Below, one piece after another: positions 10,713-20,496 of a DNA stretch of 64,000 bases; position 1 is the stretch's first letter; each line of letters begins with the position of its first letter. Origin of the DNA: Halioglobus sp. (GTDB lineage Bacteria; Pseudomonadota; Gammaproteobacteria; Pseudomonadales; Halieaceae); the NCBI GenBank assembly GCA_013214285.1, contig JABSPW010000001.1, positions 16,945-80,944 on the forward strand, written 5' to 3'. The translations under genes were made by a program, and so were the position numbers. The notes beneath the pieces are model-generated. The model ran no database searches. It was not told the origin of the DNA and was given only the letters and a program-made list of their open reading frames with translations.

Positions 10713-11540
10713 ATGCACTACGTCAATGGCAAAATTGCTGTGCTAACGGGTGCCGGATCCGGTATCGGACGCGCCTTGGCGCTGCAGCTTAACCGCGAGG
10801 GCTGTCGGCTGTACATAGCCGACATCAATTCCGTCACCCTGTCGGAGACCCTCGCCATGCTACCGCGCAAAGATGTCGCCTGTGACAGCCAGGTCATCGA
10901 TGTCGCAGACCGGCATGCTATCTACGCCTGGGCTGCCCGCATCGAGGCAGCGCACAGCTTTGTCGATATCGTCATCAATAACGCCGGCGTAGCCTTAATG
11001 TCCAGTGTCGAAGCGACTACCCTAGAAAATATCGAGTGGTTGATGAACATCAACTTTTGGGGTGTGGTGCACGGCACCCAGGCGTTCCTTCCCTTGCTGC
11101 GGCGCGCCGAGCACGGACACCTGATCAACCTGTCCTCCGTCTTCGGCATGATCGGCGTCCCAACCCAGAGTGCCTACAACGCGGCAAAATTTGCCGTGCG
11201 CGGTTACACCGAATCACTGCGCATGGAAATGGCAGAGTCCAGCGTGCATGTCTGCTGTGTGCACCCAGGTGGTATCAAGACCAATATTGCACGCGCTGCC
11301 CGCGGCGGAGATCCTGCAGTGAGCCCAGAGCAACGGGGCAAGGATTTCGAGCGCCTGGCGGGCACCACACCATATACTGCAGCACGAAAGATTATTCACG
11401 CCATTGAGCAGCGCAAGCCGCGCCTGTTGATCGGGCGGGACGCAGCACTCATCTCACTGATTACTCGCCTGTTCCCCGTCCACTATCCTCGACTCCTGCG
11501 GCTGTTGGTGAGCGACCGCGATATTCCGAAAGTGTCATGA
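10713..11540 (+). CDS. Short-chain dehydrogenase/reductase (SDR)
   Basis: The internal ATG at 10713 of ORF 10401..11540 gives MHYVNGKIAVLTGAGSGIGRALA (TGxxxGxG). The catalytic YNAAK motif is present. Confidence 0.85.
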   Translation: MHYVNGKIAVLTGAGSGIGRALALQLNREGCRLYIADINSVTLSETLAMLPRKDVACDSQVIDVADRHAIYAWAARIEAAHSFVDIVINNAGVALMSSVEATTLENIEWLMNINFWGVVHGTQAFLPLLRRAEHGHLINLSSVFGMIGVPTQSAYNAAKFAVRGYTESLRMEMAESSVHVCCVHPGGIKTNIARAARGGDPAVSPEQRGKDFERLAGTTPYTAARKIIHAIEQRKPRLLIGRDAALISLITRLFPVHYPRLLRLLVSDRDIPKVS

Positions 11541-12190
11541 CAGACGTTGGCGACAGGCTCGATAGGCATGGCGATACCCGGCAGCGATTGCTGCTGACAG
11601 CGCTGCATCTTTATGCCCGGGAGGGACTGCACGCCGTGTCGCTGCGACGCATCAGTACAGAAGCGGGTTCGCGCAATTCCGCCGCTATGCACTACCATTT
11701 CGACAACAAGCTCGGCGTTATTCAGGCACTGCTGGACATGGTGGCGCGCGAGCTCGGCCGCATCGGTCTGGCCTTGCGATCGGAGCGCCGCGCACAGCGC
11801 ACATTGCGTGACAATTGTCGTCTCATTTTGCGACCTCTGGTGGAATTGCCCGCGCGGCAAGCCTGGGGAGGAGACGGCGTCCGCTTTCTGTCGCGCCTGG
11901 TCAGCGAGGGCGATGCCGATATCGCTGCCATGGTCAACCGCCTTACGGCCCCCTTCTGGCGACGCCTGGATCACGCTTTGGCCGAACAGCTACCGGGGCT
12001 GCCGGCGGAGATCAGGCGTCTGCGGCTCATGTTTGTCAGCACCAATGTTGTGCATGGCATCGCTGAGACGGCCTGGTTGCCCTATACGCCGGTTGGCGAT
12101 CTCAGCCATTTCGACCAGGACACGCTGTTAGATCACCTGGTGGACTACCTGATCGGTGGGCTACAGGCCCCCAGCACAATGAACCACTAA
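11537..12190 (+). CDS. TetR-family transcriptional regulator
   Basis: The N-terminal HTH is RQRLLLTALHLYAREGLHAVSLRRISTEAGSRNSAAMHYHF. The gene overlaps the SDR stop by 4 nt. Confidence 0.85.
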   Translation: MTDVGDRLDRHGDTRQRLLLTALHLYAREGLHAVSLRRISTEAGSRNSAAMHYHFDNKLGVIQALLDMVARELGRIGLALRSERRAQRTLRDNCRLILRPLVELPARQAWGGDGVRFLSRLVSEGDADIAAMVNRLTAPFWRRLDHALAEQLPGLPAEIRRLRLMFVSTNVVHGIAETAWLPYTPVGDLSHFDQDTLLDHLVDYLIGGLQAPSTMNH

Positions 12191-12214
12191 TCAACGCAAC
12201 GTAGAGAGCACACT

Positions 12215-13330
12215 ATGAATGAAGCCGCAGACGACCTCCTATTCGATCTAAACCTGACAGACGAACAGCGTATGAATAGAGAAACTATGCAGCGCTTTGC
12301 TGCCGCTGAGATTCGCGACCTGTCCTTGCGCGTGGACGCTGGCGAGACCACAGCGCGGGATTTCTTCCCGGCAACTGCGGAGCTTGGACTGACGTTATTG
12401 CAGATCCCAGAAGCACTTGGCGGGGCCGGCATGACCCGTTCTCCGGTCTCCAATGCACTGATCCTGGAGGATCTCGCGCACGGCGACCTGGCCCTGGCTC
12501 TCGGCGCAACCAGTCCATTGGGCTTTGTCAACACGCTGCTGGATCAGGGCTCCGACGCGCAGCGCGAGAAGTATCTCCCCCGATTTTGTGACGGCGCGTT
12601 CACCGCGGCCACCACGGCGCTACTGGAACCGCGGGCGACTTTTGAACCGTCGGCGCCAAACACTACGGCGACCCCCAACGGCGACGGCTACAGTCTCAAC
12701 GGCTGCAAATCGATGGTGCCCTTGGGCATGGACGCCGAGCTGCTACTGGTCATTGCGCTTTTAGATGACGGCAAGCCTGCAGCCTTTGTTATCGAGGGCA
12801 GTCCCCAAGGCATGACACGCACCGCAGAGGAAAATATGGGCCTCAAGGGCGCGCAGTTGGCAACACTGACACTGGAAAATGTGCAACTGCCAAATGAGGC
12901 ACTGCTCGGCGATAGCGACTTCAATCTGCAACGTTTTATCGACCTATCCCGCCTCGGCGCCTGCGCCCTGGCGGTTGGCACCGGGCAAGCAGTTTTAGAC
13001 TACGTCATACCCTATTGCAACGAACGGGTGGCCTTTGGTGAACCCGTCACTCATCGCCAGTCAGTGGCCTTTTTGATAGCCGACATCGCTATCGAACTGG
13101 AGGGCATGCGCCTCATGACCTGGCGCGCCGCGTCTCGCGCCGAGCGTGGGTTGCCATTTCACGAGGAGGCCTACCTGGCCAAGATTTTTTGCGCAGAACA
13201 CGCCATGAAGATCGGTACCGACGGTGTACAACTACTCGGTGGACACGGCTTCACCCGGGAGCACCCGGTGGAAATGTGGTATCGCAACTTGCGCGCCATC
13301 GACACCCTGGAAGGCGTCGCTTCCATTTGA
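12215..13330 (+). CDS. Acyl-CoA dehydrogenase family protein (short C-terminus)
   Basis: ACAD-like throughout (LLQIPEALGGAGM, GTGQAVLDYVIPYCNERVAFGEP). It ends 5 residues after the TLEG position that aligns with the YEGT catalytic-base motif. Confidence 0.8.
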   Translation: MNEAADDLLFDLNLTDEQRMNRETMQRFAAAEIRDLSLRVDAGETTARDFFPATAELGLTLLQIPEALGGAGMTRSPVSNALILEDLAHGDLALALGATSPLGFVNTLLDQGSDAQREKYLPRFCDGAFTAATTALLEPRATFEPSAPNTTATPNGDGYSLNGCKSMVPLGMDAELLLVIALLDDGKPAAFVIEGSPQGMTRTAEENMGLKGAQLATLTLENVQLPNEALLGDSDFNLQRFIDLSRLGACALAVGTGQAVLDYVIPYCNERVAFGEPVTHRQSVAFLIADIAIELEGMRLMTWRAASRAERGLPFHEEAYLAKIFCAEHAMKIGTDGVQLLGGHGFTREHPVEMWYRNLRAIDTLEGVASI

Positions 13331-13385
13331 ATTTAAAACTGCATTCAGAGTTGTCACTCTGAGCACCGTTTCGAGGACTATTACG

Positions 13386-14588
13386 ATGATCAATCTGGAA
13401 ATATCGCAACGACATGAAGAAACGTTCACCCAAGTCATGATGCTCGCTGAGCACATGATGCGACCCTACTCACGCAAATACGATAAGGCCGAGCACACCT
13501 ATCCGGCAGAAATGGAAGAGGTCAACAAACTGATCTCCGCAGGACGCACATCCGCCACCGGAAAACCCAAGGGCTCTCTGCCGGAGGGTAGTGTGGTAAA
13601 CGGCGGCAATATGGGTTCGGTCATTGGGTTATTCGGCCTGTGCTGGGGAGACGTCGGGCTCTTCCTCGGTATGCCGGGCAGCGGCCTTGGCAACGCGGCC
13701 ATCACAGCGGTGGGCACGCCAGAGCAGATCAAGAAATATGGCGGACGCTATGCCGCCATGTGTATCACCGAGCCCAGCACTGGGTCGGATTCGGCAAATA
13801 TCAGCACGACCGCGGTGCTGGACGGTGACGACTGGGTCCTCAATGGCGAGAAAATCTACGTCACGGACGGCGACCGGTGCGACACACTGGTGGTATGGGC
13901 GACCCTAGATAAGTCCCTCGGAAAAGCGGCGATCAAGTCTTTCATCGTTGAAAAAGGTACCCCCGGCTGTGAGGTGACGCGCCTGGAACACAAGATGGGC
14001 ATACGCGCCTCTGATACGGCGGCCATCAGCTTCAGTGACTGCCGCATCCCCAAAGAGAACATCCTTGGTAGCGCGGACATAGCCACCGATGCTGAGGGTC
14101 GCAAAAAAGCTTTCGGCGGCGTCATGCAAACCTTTGATAACACGCGTCCACCGGTGGCCGCCATGGCAGTCGGTGTCGCGCGCGCGGCCCTGGATATGGC
14201 ACGCGACCTGTTGCGCGAAGAAGGCATTGAGGTGTGCTTTGACAAAAAGCCGACAAACAGCGGCGCCATTGAAGCAGAGCTAGCGCAGCTGGAGGCCGAA
14301 TGGCAAGCGGGACGGCTGTTAGTCCTAAAAGCCGCATGGATGGCAGATAACAAGATGCCTAATTCCAAGGAAGCATCGATGTGCAAAGCCAAGGCAGCCC
14401 GCGTTGGCAATCATATCACCTTGCGCTGTGTAGCCCTGTGCCAGAGCCTCGGTTACAGCGAACAACACCTACTGGAGAAATTCGCGCGAGACTCAAAGAT
14501 CATCGACATATTCGAGGGCACCCAACAGATTCAGCAGCTGATCGTTGCGCGCCGTCTGCTTGAGAAATCATCCTCCGAACTCAAGTGA
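13386..14588 (+). CDS. Acyl-CoA dehydrogenase
   Basis: The internal ATG at 13386 gives MINLEISQRHEETF. Motifs include CITEPSTGSDSANIST and the catalytic-base region IFEGTQQIQQLIVARRLL. Confidence 0.85.
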   Translation: MINLEISQRHEETFTQVMMLAEHMMRPYSRKYDKAEHTYPAEMEEVNKLISAGRTSATGKPKGSLPEGSVVNGGNMGSVIGLFGLCWGDVGLFLGMPGSGLGNAAITAVGTPEQIKKYGGRYAAMCITEPSTGSDSANISTTAVLDGDDWVLNGEKIYVTDGDRCDTLVVWATLDKSLGKAAIKSFIVEKGTPGCEVTRLEHKMGIRASDTAAISFSDCRIPKENILGSADIATDAEGRKKAFGGVMQTFDNTRPPVAAMAVGVARAALDMARDLLREEGIEVCFDKKPTNSGAIEAELAQLEAEWQAGRLLVLKAAWMADNKMPNSKEASMCKAKAARVGNHITLRCVALCQSLGYSEQHLLEKFARDSKIIDIFEGTQQIQQLIVARRLLEKSSSELK

Positions 14589-14670
14589 ATAACCGGTGTA
14601 CGATCACCGCCGATCACCGGCCTGATCTGGTGACAGGCGCCTGACGCCAGCGGGCCAAGGTTTACCGCCT

Positions 14671-14723
14671 CAGCTCTCTTGGTTGCAGTCACCACAACTT
14701 GGTAACTGCAACCAAGAGAGCTG
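14671..14723. repeat. Perfect 19-bp inverted repeat (hairpin, 15-nt loop) at the core/island junction
   Basis: CAGCTCTCTTGGTTGCAGT at 14671-14689 pairs with ACTGCAACCAAGAGAGCTG at 14705-14723. No U-tract follows. It may act as a terminator for the ACAD operon or be a REP-like element. Confidence 0.5.
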
Positions 14724-14825
14724 GAACTGGGTCACATAAGCCGCAGCGAACCTGCCCTTTGAGTGTCCTTTGGGGCAATCTGGGATATACTCGAAGCGGA
14801 TTTTCGTGGCCACAGAGGGACCAGG

Positions 14826-15386
14826 ATGTCGTACTGCAAATCGCAATACCCGCTAATAGCACTCTTCCTCGCTATATTATCTGGTTCTGTTTTTAGCGCG
14901 CCTTACACGGTGAACCCCGGCGATATATTGCGCGTTGATGTCTGGAACGAAGAGGATCTCAGTCGAGAAATCCTGGTGCGCCCAGATGGCGTTATCAGCC
15001 TGCCGATGGCCGGCGAAATAGATACCAGCAACCATTCCCCGTCGGAAGTGGCAAACGAAATTTCCAAGGGCCTCGCCAAATACATGAAAGATGCTCCCCA
15101 GGTCGTCGTGTCGCTGGTTGATGTCCCCGGAAACAAGATCTTTGTCATCGGCAAGGTAATCCAGCCCGGCGAATACAAAATTACCAGCGACACCGACGTC
15201 ATGCAGGCGCTGGCACTTGCTGGAGGGCTAAACCCATTCGCCGCAGAAAATGATATACGTATCCTTCGCCGTAAACCCGATGGCACCCAAATTGCCATAC
15301 CGTTCGAATATGCCCAGGTTAAAGAGGGCAAGGCACTACACACGAACGTTATTCTGCGTAGTCGAGACGTTGTCGTAGTCCCTTGA
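14826..15386 (+). CDS. Polysaccharide export outer-membrane protein (Wza/Poly_export + SLBB type; PEP-CTERM-locus style)
   Basis: The ATG at 14826 gives a signal peptide MSYCKSQYPLIALFLAILSGSVFSA. The export motif is PGDILRVDVWNEEDLSREILVRPDGVISLPMAGEI. Confidence 0.85.
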   Translation: MSYCKSQYPLIALFLAILSGSVFSAPYTVNPGDILRVDVWNEEDLSREILVRPDGVISLPMAGEIDTSNHSPSEVANEISKGLAKYMKDAPQVVVSLVDVPGNKIFVIGKVIQPGEYKITSDTDVMQALALAGGLNPFAAENDIRILRRKPDGTQIAIPFEYAQVKEGKALHTNVILRSRDVVVVP

Positions 15387-16609
15387 TGCGCCTATCCCTA
15401 CCTGTGCGGAAATCTAAAATGATAAATAATAACAGCCGGGTCTTGACCTCAATCGCACTGATGTCGGTCTCCACGATACTGTCGGTCAATAGCACAGCGA
15501 ATGAATACTCTTTTGAATACAGTGTCCAAGGCGGCTACGAGTACAACGATAATATTGGTTTACGCAGCGAGGATGAGATCGATGTCTCAGGCGGGGTTAT
15601 TACCGCTCCCGCTACCCTTACCATCCGCAGTGAACGACTGGAAACTTCACTGATAGGTGAACTAACTTCCGCTAAGTATGACGACAGTGACTTCGACAGT
15701 GACGATCAGAACCTGGAAGGGCGCACCCAATACCTACTAGAGCGTGGGGAACTGACAGGTTATGCCGGCTACAAACGTGACTCTACACGGACCAGTGAAT
15801 TTCTCGATACTGGCATTGTCGGTCTTCGAGCAACCCGCGTCGAGCATGCCACGGCAGGTGGCTCTGTCGATTACATGTTCACAGAGAAAAATGGCCTTGT
15901 CGCCGGCGTCGATTATCTGGACAGGGACTATGACAGTCCACTGCAAACGGATTTCGACAATATTTCCGGCTACGCCGGCTGGCGGCACCAACAAACCGAG
16001 CGCACCTCGCTGCGACTGCAAGTCATCGCTGCCCGCTACGAAAACGATGCCAATTTACAAGTGACATCTGACAGTGTCGGCGCACAAGTCGGCTTTGACT
16101 CTGAGTTGTCTGAAGCACTGAACGTATTCCTGCTGGTCGGGTGGGTTAATGTAGATACGGACTATTCAGCTAACGCTTCTTCCATAGTCACTACACCCGA
16201 CGACGATAGCAATGATGTTTTCCAGATGAATGGATCACTCGTGTATCGCCAGGAACGCAATGAATTGTCGCTGGAGGTCAGCAGCGGCACACGTGCAACC
16301 GGCAGCGGCACGCTGGATGAAAGCCATCGGCTCAATCTTAGCTACAACTTCCGCTGGACTGAAGGCAGCCGGTTGCGTTTGGCGTTGGTAGGGGGCAAAA
16401 ATAGCTCATTGGATAGCGATGTTGACGACGACCGTGACTATGCGCGCGGTCGTATCGGTGTGGACTATCGCATCGCGGAGTCCTGGTACCTGGGAGGCAC
16501 CTACACCTATAGTTATCAGGACCGGCAGAGGGCCGACGGTGATGCCGACTCCAATCAGATCGATCTAAGCCTGATCTTCCGTCCTGACAGGCACGTTTGG
16601 TCGCGTTAA
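15386..16609 (+). CDS. Predicted outer-membrane beta-barrel protein of EPS loci (EpsL-like)
   Basis: The start overlaps the upstream stop (TGATG). It has a signal-like N-terminus and alternating D/Y/G-rich strands. The terminal region DLSLIFRPDRHVWSR is present. Confidence 0.6.
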   Translation: MRLSLPVRKSKMINNNSRVLTSIALMSVSTILSVNSTANEYSFEYSVQGGYEYNDNIGLRSEDEIDVSGGVITAPATLTIRSERLETSLIGELTSAKYDDSDFDSDDQNLEGRTQYLLERGELTGYAGYKRDSTRTSEFLDTGIVGLRATRVEHATAGGSVDYMFTEKNGLVAGVDYLDRDYDSPLQTDFDNISGYAGWRHQQTERTSLRLQVIAARYENDANLQVTSDSVGAQVGFDSELSEALNVFLLVGWVNVDTDYSANASSIVTTPDDDSNDVFQMNGSLVYRQERNELSLEVSSGTRATGSGTLDESHRLNLSYNFRWTEGSRLRLALVGGKNSSLDSDVDDDRDYARGRIGVDYRIAESWYLGGTYTYSYQDRQRADGDADSNQIDLSLIFRPDRHVWSR

Positions 16610-16669
16610 TACTGGCGCTGACACGTTTCAAATAGTCAAGACAAAATCGCATTGCAGGTTACCCTTTAG

Positions 16670-18430
16670 ATGATTGACAAAGAATTTCAGACAACCTCGC
16701 TAGACGACTACGTCCGAATGATTAAACGGCGCAAACTCTCGCTGCTTCTGCCCGCTATCATTATCGTGTCACTCGCGCTTTTACTGGCGTTTGGTATACC
16801 CGCCTTCTACCAGTCCCGGGCCACAATATTGATCGAAGAACAGGAGATTCCTCAGGATTTTGTCCGGGCCACCGTCGGCAGCTACGCAGCACAGCAGATA
16901 CAGGTCATAAGCCAACGCATACTCACGGTAGAGAACATCCGCGGTATCGCCGCAAAGTTCAACCTGCTGCAGTCCGAGGGCTCGAATTCGCCTGCTCCGA
17001 TCACAGAATTGGCTGAAAGGTTTCGAAGCAACGTCGACATCGACCTGGTCAGCGCCGATGTAATCGATCCCCGCAGCGGCCGACCGACGCAGGCCACCAT
17101 TGCTTTCACTCTGGCCTTTACTGACCCCAACCCGGTCGTGGCACAACAAGTTGCCGGCGAGCTGGTCAGTCTTTTCTTGGACGAAAACCTCCGGGACCGG
17201 GTCGGTCAAGTCGCCAGCACAGAGGCGTTTCTGGCGTCTGAAGCTGGCCAATTAAATAGTGAGTTGTTGAATCTGGAACAGCGCCTCGCGGATTTTAAAA
17301 TTGCGCACGAAGGTAATTTGCCCGAATTGTATCAATACAACCTGGCTACTCTGGAGCGCACTCAACAGGAATACGCTAACGTCCAGCGACGCATTCAAGA
17401 GCTGGATAATAGTAGGATCGAGATGTCTTCGAAATTGGCACAACTGAGCCCGTCCGCACCGGTAGTGCTGGCCACCGGTGAAACCGTACTCAGTTCAGCG
17501 GATAGGCTCAAGGCACTGCAATCGGAGTATCGAGGCAAGGCTGCCATCTATCGAAACAACCACCCCGACGTGATACGCCTGGAGAGAGAAATTAGCACTT
17601 TACAAAATGAACTTGGCGTAGGCACCAACGTGGATGAACTGCGCAAGCAGTTACAAGACCAACAGCTAAGGCTGGCCGACCTGCAAACCCGGTACAAAGA
17701 CGATCACCAGGATATCCTGAGTACAAAAAATCTGATCGCGGTGCTTGAGGACAATATTCGCACAACTCGCAGCAGCTCCAGAGCCTCCAAAGCACCGCAG
17801 GCAGACAATCCGGCCTACGTGTTACTGGAAACTCAACTCAGCGCTGTCCGGTCGGAAATGCGGTCTCTGAACAAGCTGAGCAGCGAACTGCAGGCCAAGA
17901 TGCAACATTACGAGGCATTGCGTAGACAGGCTCCGGAGGTGGAACGAAATTATAAAGCGTTACTGCGAGACTACAGTAATGCCGATGATAAGTACCAGGA
18001 CATCAAGATCAAGCAGCGTGAAGCAGCTGTATCTCGAAGCCTGGAACAAGAGCAAAAAGGTGAGCGATTTACTCTCATCGAGCCGCCGGCACTGCCATCC
18101 GACCCCATCAGCCCCAATCGGCCCGCTATTATTTTCCTGGGTTTGATATTGGGCGGCGGCGTCGGACTGCTCTTTGCGCTGCTGCGCGAAGTCATGGATA
18201 GTGCTATTCATGGTGCTCAAGAGCTCACGAACCTGATGGGCGAAGCCCCTCTGGTCGTTATTGAGTACATAGAAAATGACAACGATATTATGCGGCATAA
18301 GCGAGCCTGGGCACTCAGCCTGCTTGCGGCTGCTGCGGCTGGCTTATTCTTCATCTTCTATCTGCATATCTTTTACCAGCCGCTAGACGCTATTTACTTT
18401 TCAGCCATTGATAAGCTGGGGCTCAACTAA
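16670..18430 (+). CDS. Polysaccharide chain-length determinant (Wzz/PCP family, PEP-CTERM-locus type)
   Basis: An N-terminal TM (LLLPAIIIVSLALLLAF) is followed by a long coiled-coil periplasmic region. A C-terminal TM (IIFLGLILGGGVGLLFALL) closes the protein. Confidence 0.85.
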   Translation: MIDKEFQTTSLDDYVRMIKRRKLSLLLPAIIIVSLALLLAFGIPAFYQSRATILIEEQEIPQDFVRATVGSYAAQQIQVISQRILTVENIRGIAAKFNLLQSEGSNSPAPITELAERFRSNVDIDLVSADVIDPRSGRPTQATIAFTLAFTDPNPVVAQQVAGELVSLFLDENLRDRVGQVASTEAFLASEAGQLNSELLNLEQRLADFKIAHEGNLPELYQYNLATLERTQQEYANVQRRIQELDNSRIEMSSKLAQLSPSAPVVLATGETVLSSADRLKALQSEYRGKAAIYRNNHPDVIRLEREISTLQNELGVGTNVDELRKQLQDQQLRLADLQTRYKDDHQDILSTKNLIAVLEDNIRTTRSSSRASKAPQADNPAYVLLETQLSAVRSEMRSLNKLSSELQAKMQHYEALRRQAPEVERNYKALLRDYSNADDKYQDIKIKQREAAVSRSLEQEQKGERFTLIEPPALPSDPISPNRPAIIFLGLILGGGVGLLFALLREVMDSAIHGAQELTNLMGEAPLVVIEYIENDNDIMRHKRAWALSLLAAAAAGLFFIFYLHIFYQPLDAIYFSAIDKLGLN

Positions 18431-19287
18431 TGGAACCCTTACAGGAAGCAATTGAACAGGCCCGCCTGAAACGCGAGGGCGAAATTGGTCGAACGGCACC
18501 ACCCGGAGAGACACATCCCCAGCGCGTCGAAAAGGAGTCAATCGAAGAAAAGGACTCTCCAAGACCTGATAGAAATGCATCCGACGACTCCGGTCATTGC
18601 CTCGCCTCGCAGGTAAACTATTCATCTACACGCCTGGTCGAACCTGCCGACGAGCAACTTGCGGCAAACCGGGTCATCGCCAGTGAAAACAGCGATCCTC
18701 GGGTAGAAGTTTACCGCCAACTACGCAGTCAGATCCTGGCGAAGATGAAGCGCAATAACTGGCGTTCACTGGCCATCACAAGCGCTCAGGAAGGTGCGGG
18801 AAAGACCCTTACTGCGGTGAACTTGGCTATTACAATCTCGCAGCAAGAGAACCAGACAGTATTACTCGTAGACCTTGATCTACGAAAACCGGATGTACAC
18901 ACCACCCTGGGCCTAGAGATATCCAAGGGCATCGTCGATCATCTGATCCATGGGGAGCCCGTAGAAAATATCCTGCTAAACCCAGGCTACCCTCGACTGG
19001 TTGTGTTGCCGGGTCTGCCTCAAGGGCGTTACTCGTCTGAGGTTTTATCTTCTCCACAGATGAACATGTTCATCGACGACATCACAGGTCGCTACCCGGA
19101 GCGGATTATCATTTTCGACCTGCCTCCACTCCTTCGTAATGACGATGCCATGGTATTCGTGCCGAACGCAGATGCGTGCCTCTACGTGGTTGAAGATGGC
19201 GTCACACAACCGGATGAGATCGAGCGCTCAATGCAGTTACTCAAGCACTCGCATTTAATTGGAACTGTGCTCAATAAAGTGCGTTAG
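18430..19287 (+). CDS. Chain-length-determinant-associated tyrosine-kinase-like P-loop ATPase (BY-kinase catalytic domain)
   Basis: Walker A is TSAQEGAGKT and Walker A' is LLVDLDLRKP. The start overlaps the PCP stop (TAATG). No C-terminal Tyr cluster is visible. Confidence 0.75.
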   Translation: MEPLQEAIEQARLKREGEIGRTAPPGETHPQRVEKESIEEKDSPRPDRNASDDSGHCLASQVNYSSTRLVEPADEQLAANRVIASENSDPRVEVYRQLRSQILAKMKRNNWRSLAITSAQEGAGKTLTAVNLAITISQQENQTVLLVDLDLRKPDVHTTLGLEISKGIVDHLIHGEPVENILLNPGYPRLVVLPGLPQGRYSSEVLSSPQMNMFIDDITGRYPERIIIFDLPPLLRNDDAMVFVPNADACLYVVEDGVTQPDEIERSMQLLKHSHLIGTVLNKVR

Positions 19288-19306
19288 TCGCTGGCGGTAT
19301 TAGACT

Positions 19307-20206
19307 ATGTATACTCAGTTCTTTGGCATGAGGGAAAAGCCGTTCAGTCTTATACCCGACGGCGACTCCATCTATTTTTCGCCAGGGCATCTGGCGGCTT
19401 TCAGCATGCTGGAGTTTGGCTTGCTTGAGCAAGTCGGCATCACATTGATAACCGGTGAGGTGGGAGCGGGAAAGACGACTCTCATCAGACACCTGTTGAG
19501 CCGCATTGATTACGACCAACTCACTGTTGGTCTCATTGGCACTGCCCATAGCAGCTATGGCACCTTGCTAAAGTGGATTGTCAACGCCTTCGCTATCGAC
19601 ACGGAGAGTCAGGATGAAGGTGCTATGCTGCAGGCGCTGCAAGCCTTCTTGATCGAACAGTACGGCAACGGCAAACGCACGGTAGTGATCGTTGACGAAG
19701 CCCAAAATATGTCCTCGGAGGATTTGGAATCTCTGCGCTTGCTCACCAATATCAATGCAGACAAGAACCAACTTTTACAGATTATTCTGGTCGGCCAACC
19801 GGAACTCCTGGAAAAATTTCATGAAACCGGTATGTCGCAGCTGGCGCAACGCGTCTCAGCTGAATATAACCTTGTGCCCCTGGATGTTTTTGAAACCATG
19901 AGCTATGTCCGGTATCGGATAGACAGTGTGGGGGGGTCAGAAGATTTGTTTGATACCGCAGCATGCCTGGCTGTGTATTACTTCAGTGGCGGCATTCCGC
20001 GGATTATTAATACCTTGTGTGATGGAGCCCTTGTATTTGCTTACGGGCAGCATAAGGAGGCTGTGACCCTGGACATTGTTCTTGATGTAGTGCGCACCAA
20101 GCGGATAGGCGGAATTCATCGTGCGGGCATCGACCTTCCCGATAGGGAGACCGTGCGCGCCAATATCAAGGAAATTAGTGGAGTGGACCTGCTGGAATTG
20201 GTGTAA
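19307..20206 (+). CDS. ExeA/GspA-like AAA ATPase (PEP-CTERM-locus secretion ATPase type)
   Basis: The N-terminus is MYTQFFGMREKPFSLIPD. Walker A is GEVGAGKTT and Walker B is VVIVDEAQNM. Confidence 0.8.
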   Translation: MYTQFFGMREKPFSLIPDGDSIYFSPGHLAAFSMLEFGLLEQVGITLITGEVGAGKTTLIRHLLSRIDYDQLTVGLIGTAHSSYGTLLKWIVNAFAIDTESQDEGAMLQALQAFLIEQYGNGKRTVVIVDEAQNMSSEDLESLRLLTNINADKNQLLQIILVGQPELLEKFHETGMSQLAQRVSAEYNLVPLDVFETMSYVRYRIDSVGGSEDLFDTAACLAVYYFSGGIPRIINTLCDGALVFAYGQHKEAVTLDIVLDVVRTKRIGGIHRAGIDLPDRETVRANIKEISGVDLLELV

Positions 20207-20496
20207 CAGCGATAGCTGATCGCCGGAGAGCGTCGAGAACATAGTATGAATGAGCGCTTCTTCTCGCTGCTATTTTCAATCCTAGTGGCGGCACTCTGCT
20301 TCTTCCACGAGCGGGTGTAGATGGACGGTATCTGGTCAAATCAGGAAAACGGTAGGCTTCGGTTTATACTCATCTTCCTCGAAATTGATGCGCTCTGGGG
20401 GGCACTTCCCGGCGTGAAAAAAGTTGCCGGGGTAACCGTTAGAGGCCCCTTTAATCCTACCCCATTGCCTGGGATTTTTCGCGGGATCCGGTGGTA

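Noticed and set aside
20246-20320. 24-codon hydrophobic micro-ORF (MNERFFSLLFSILVAALCFFHERV) between the ATPase and the WecA-like gene
   Set aside because: It has no RBS and no conservation evidence is available, so it could be chance.
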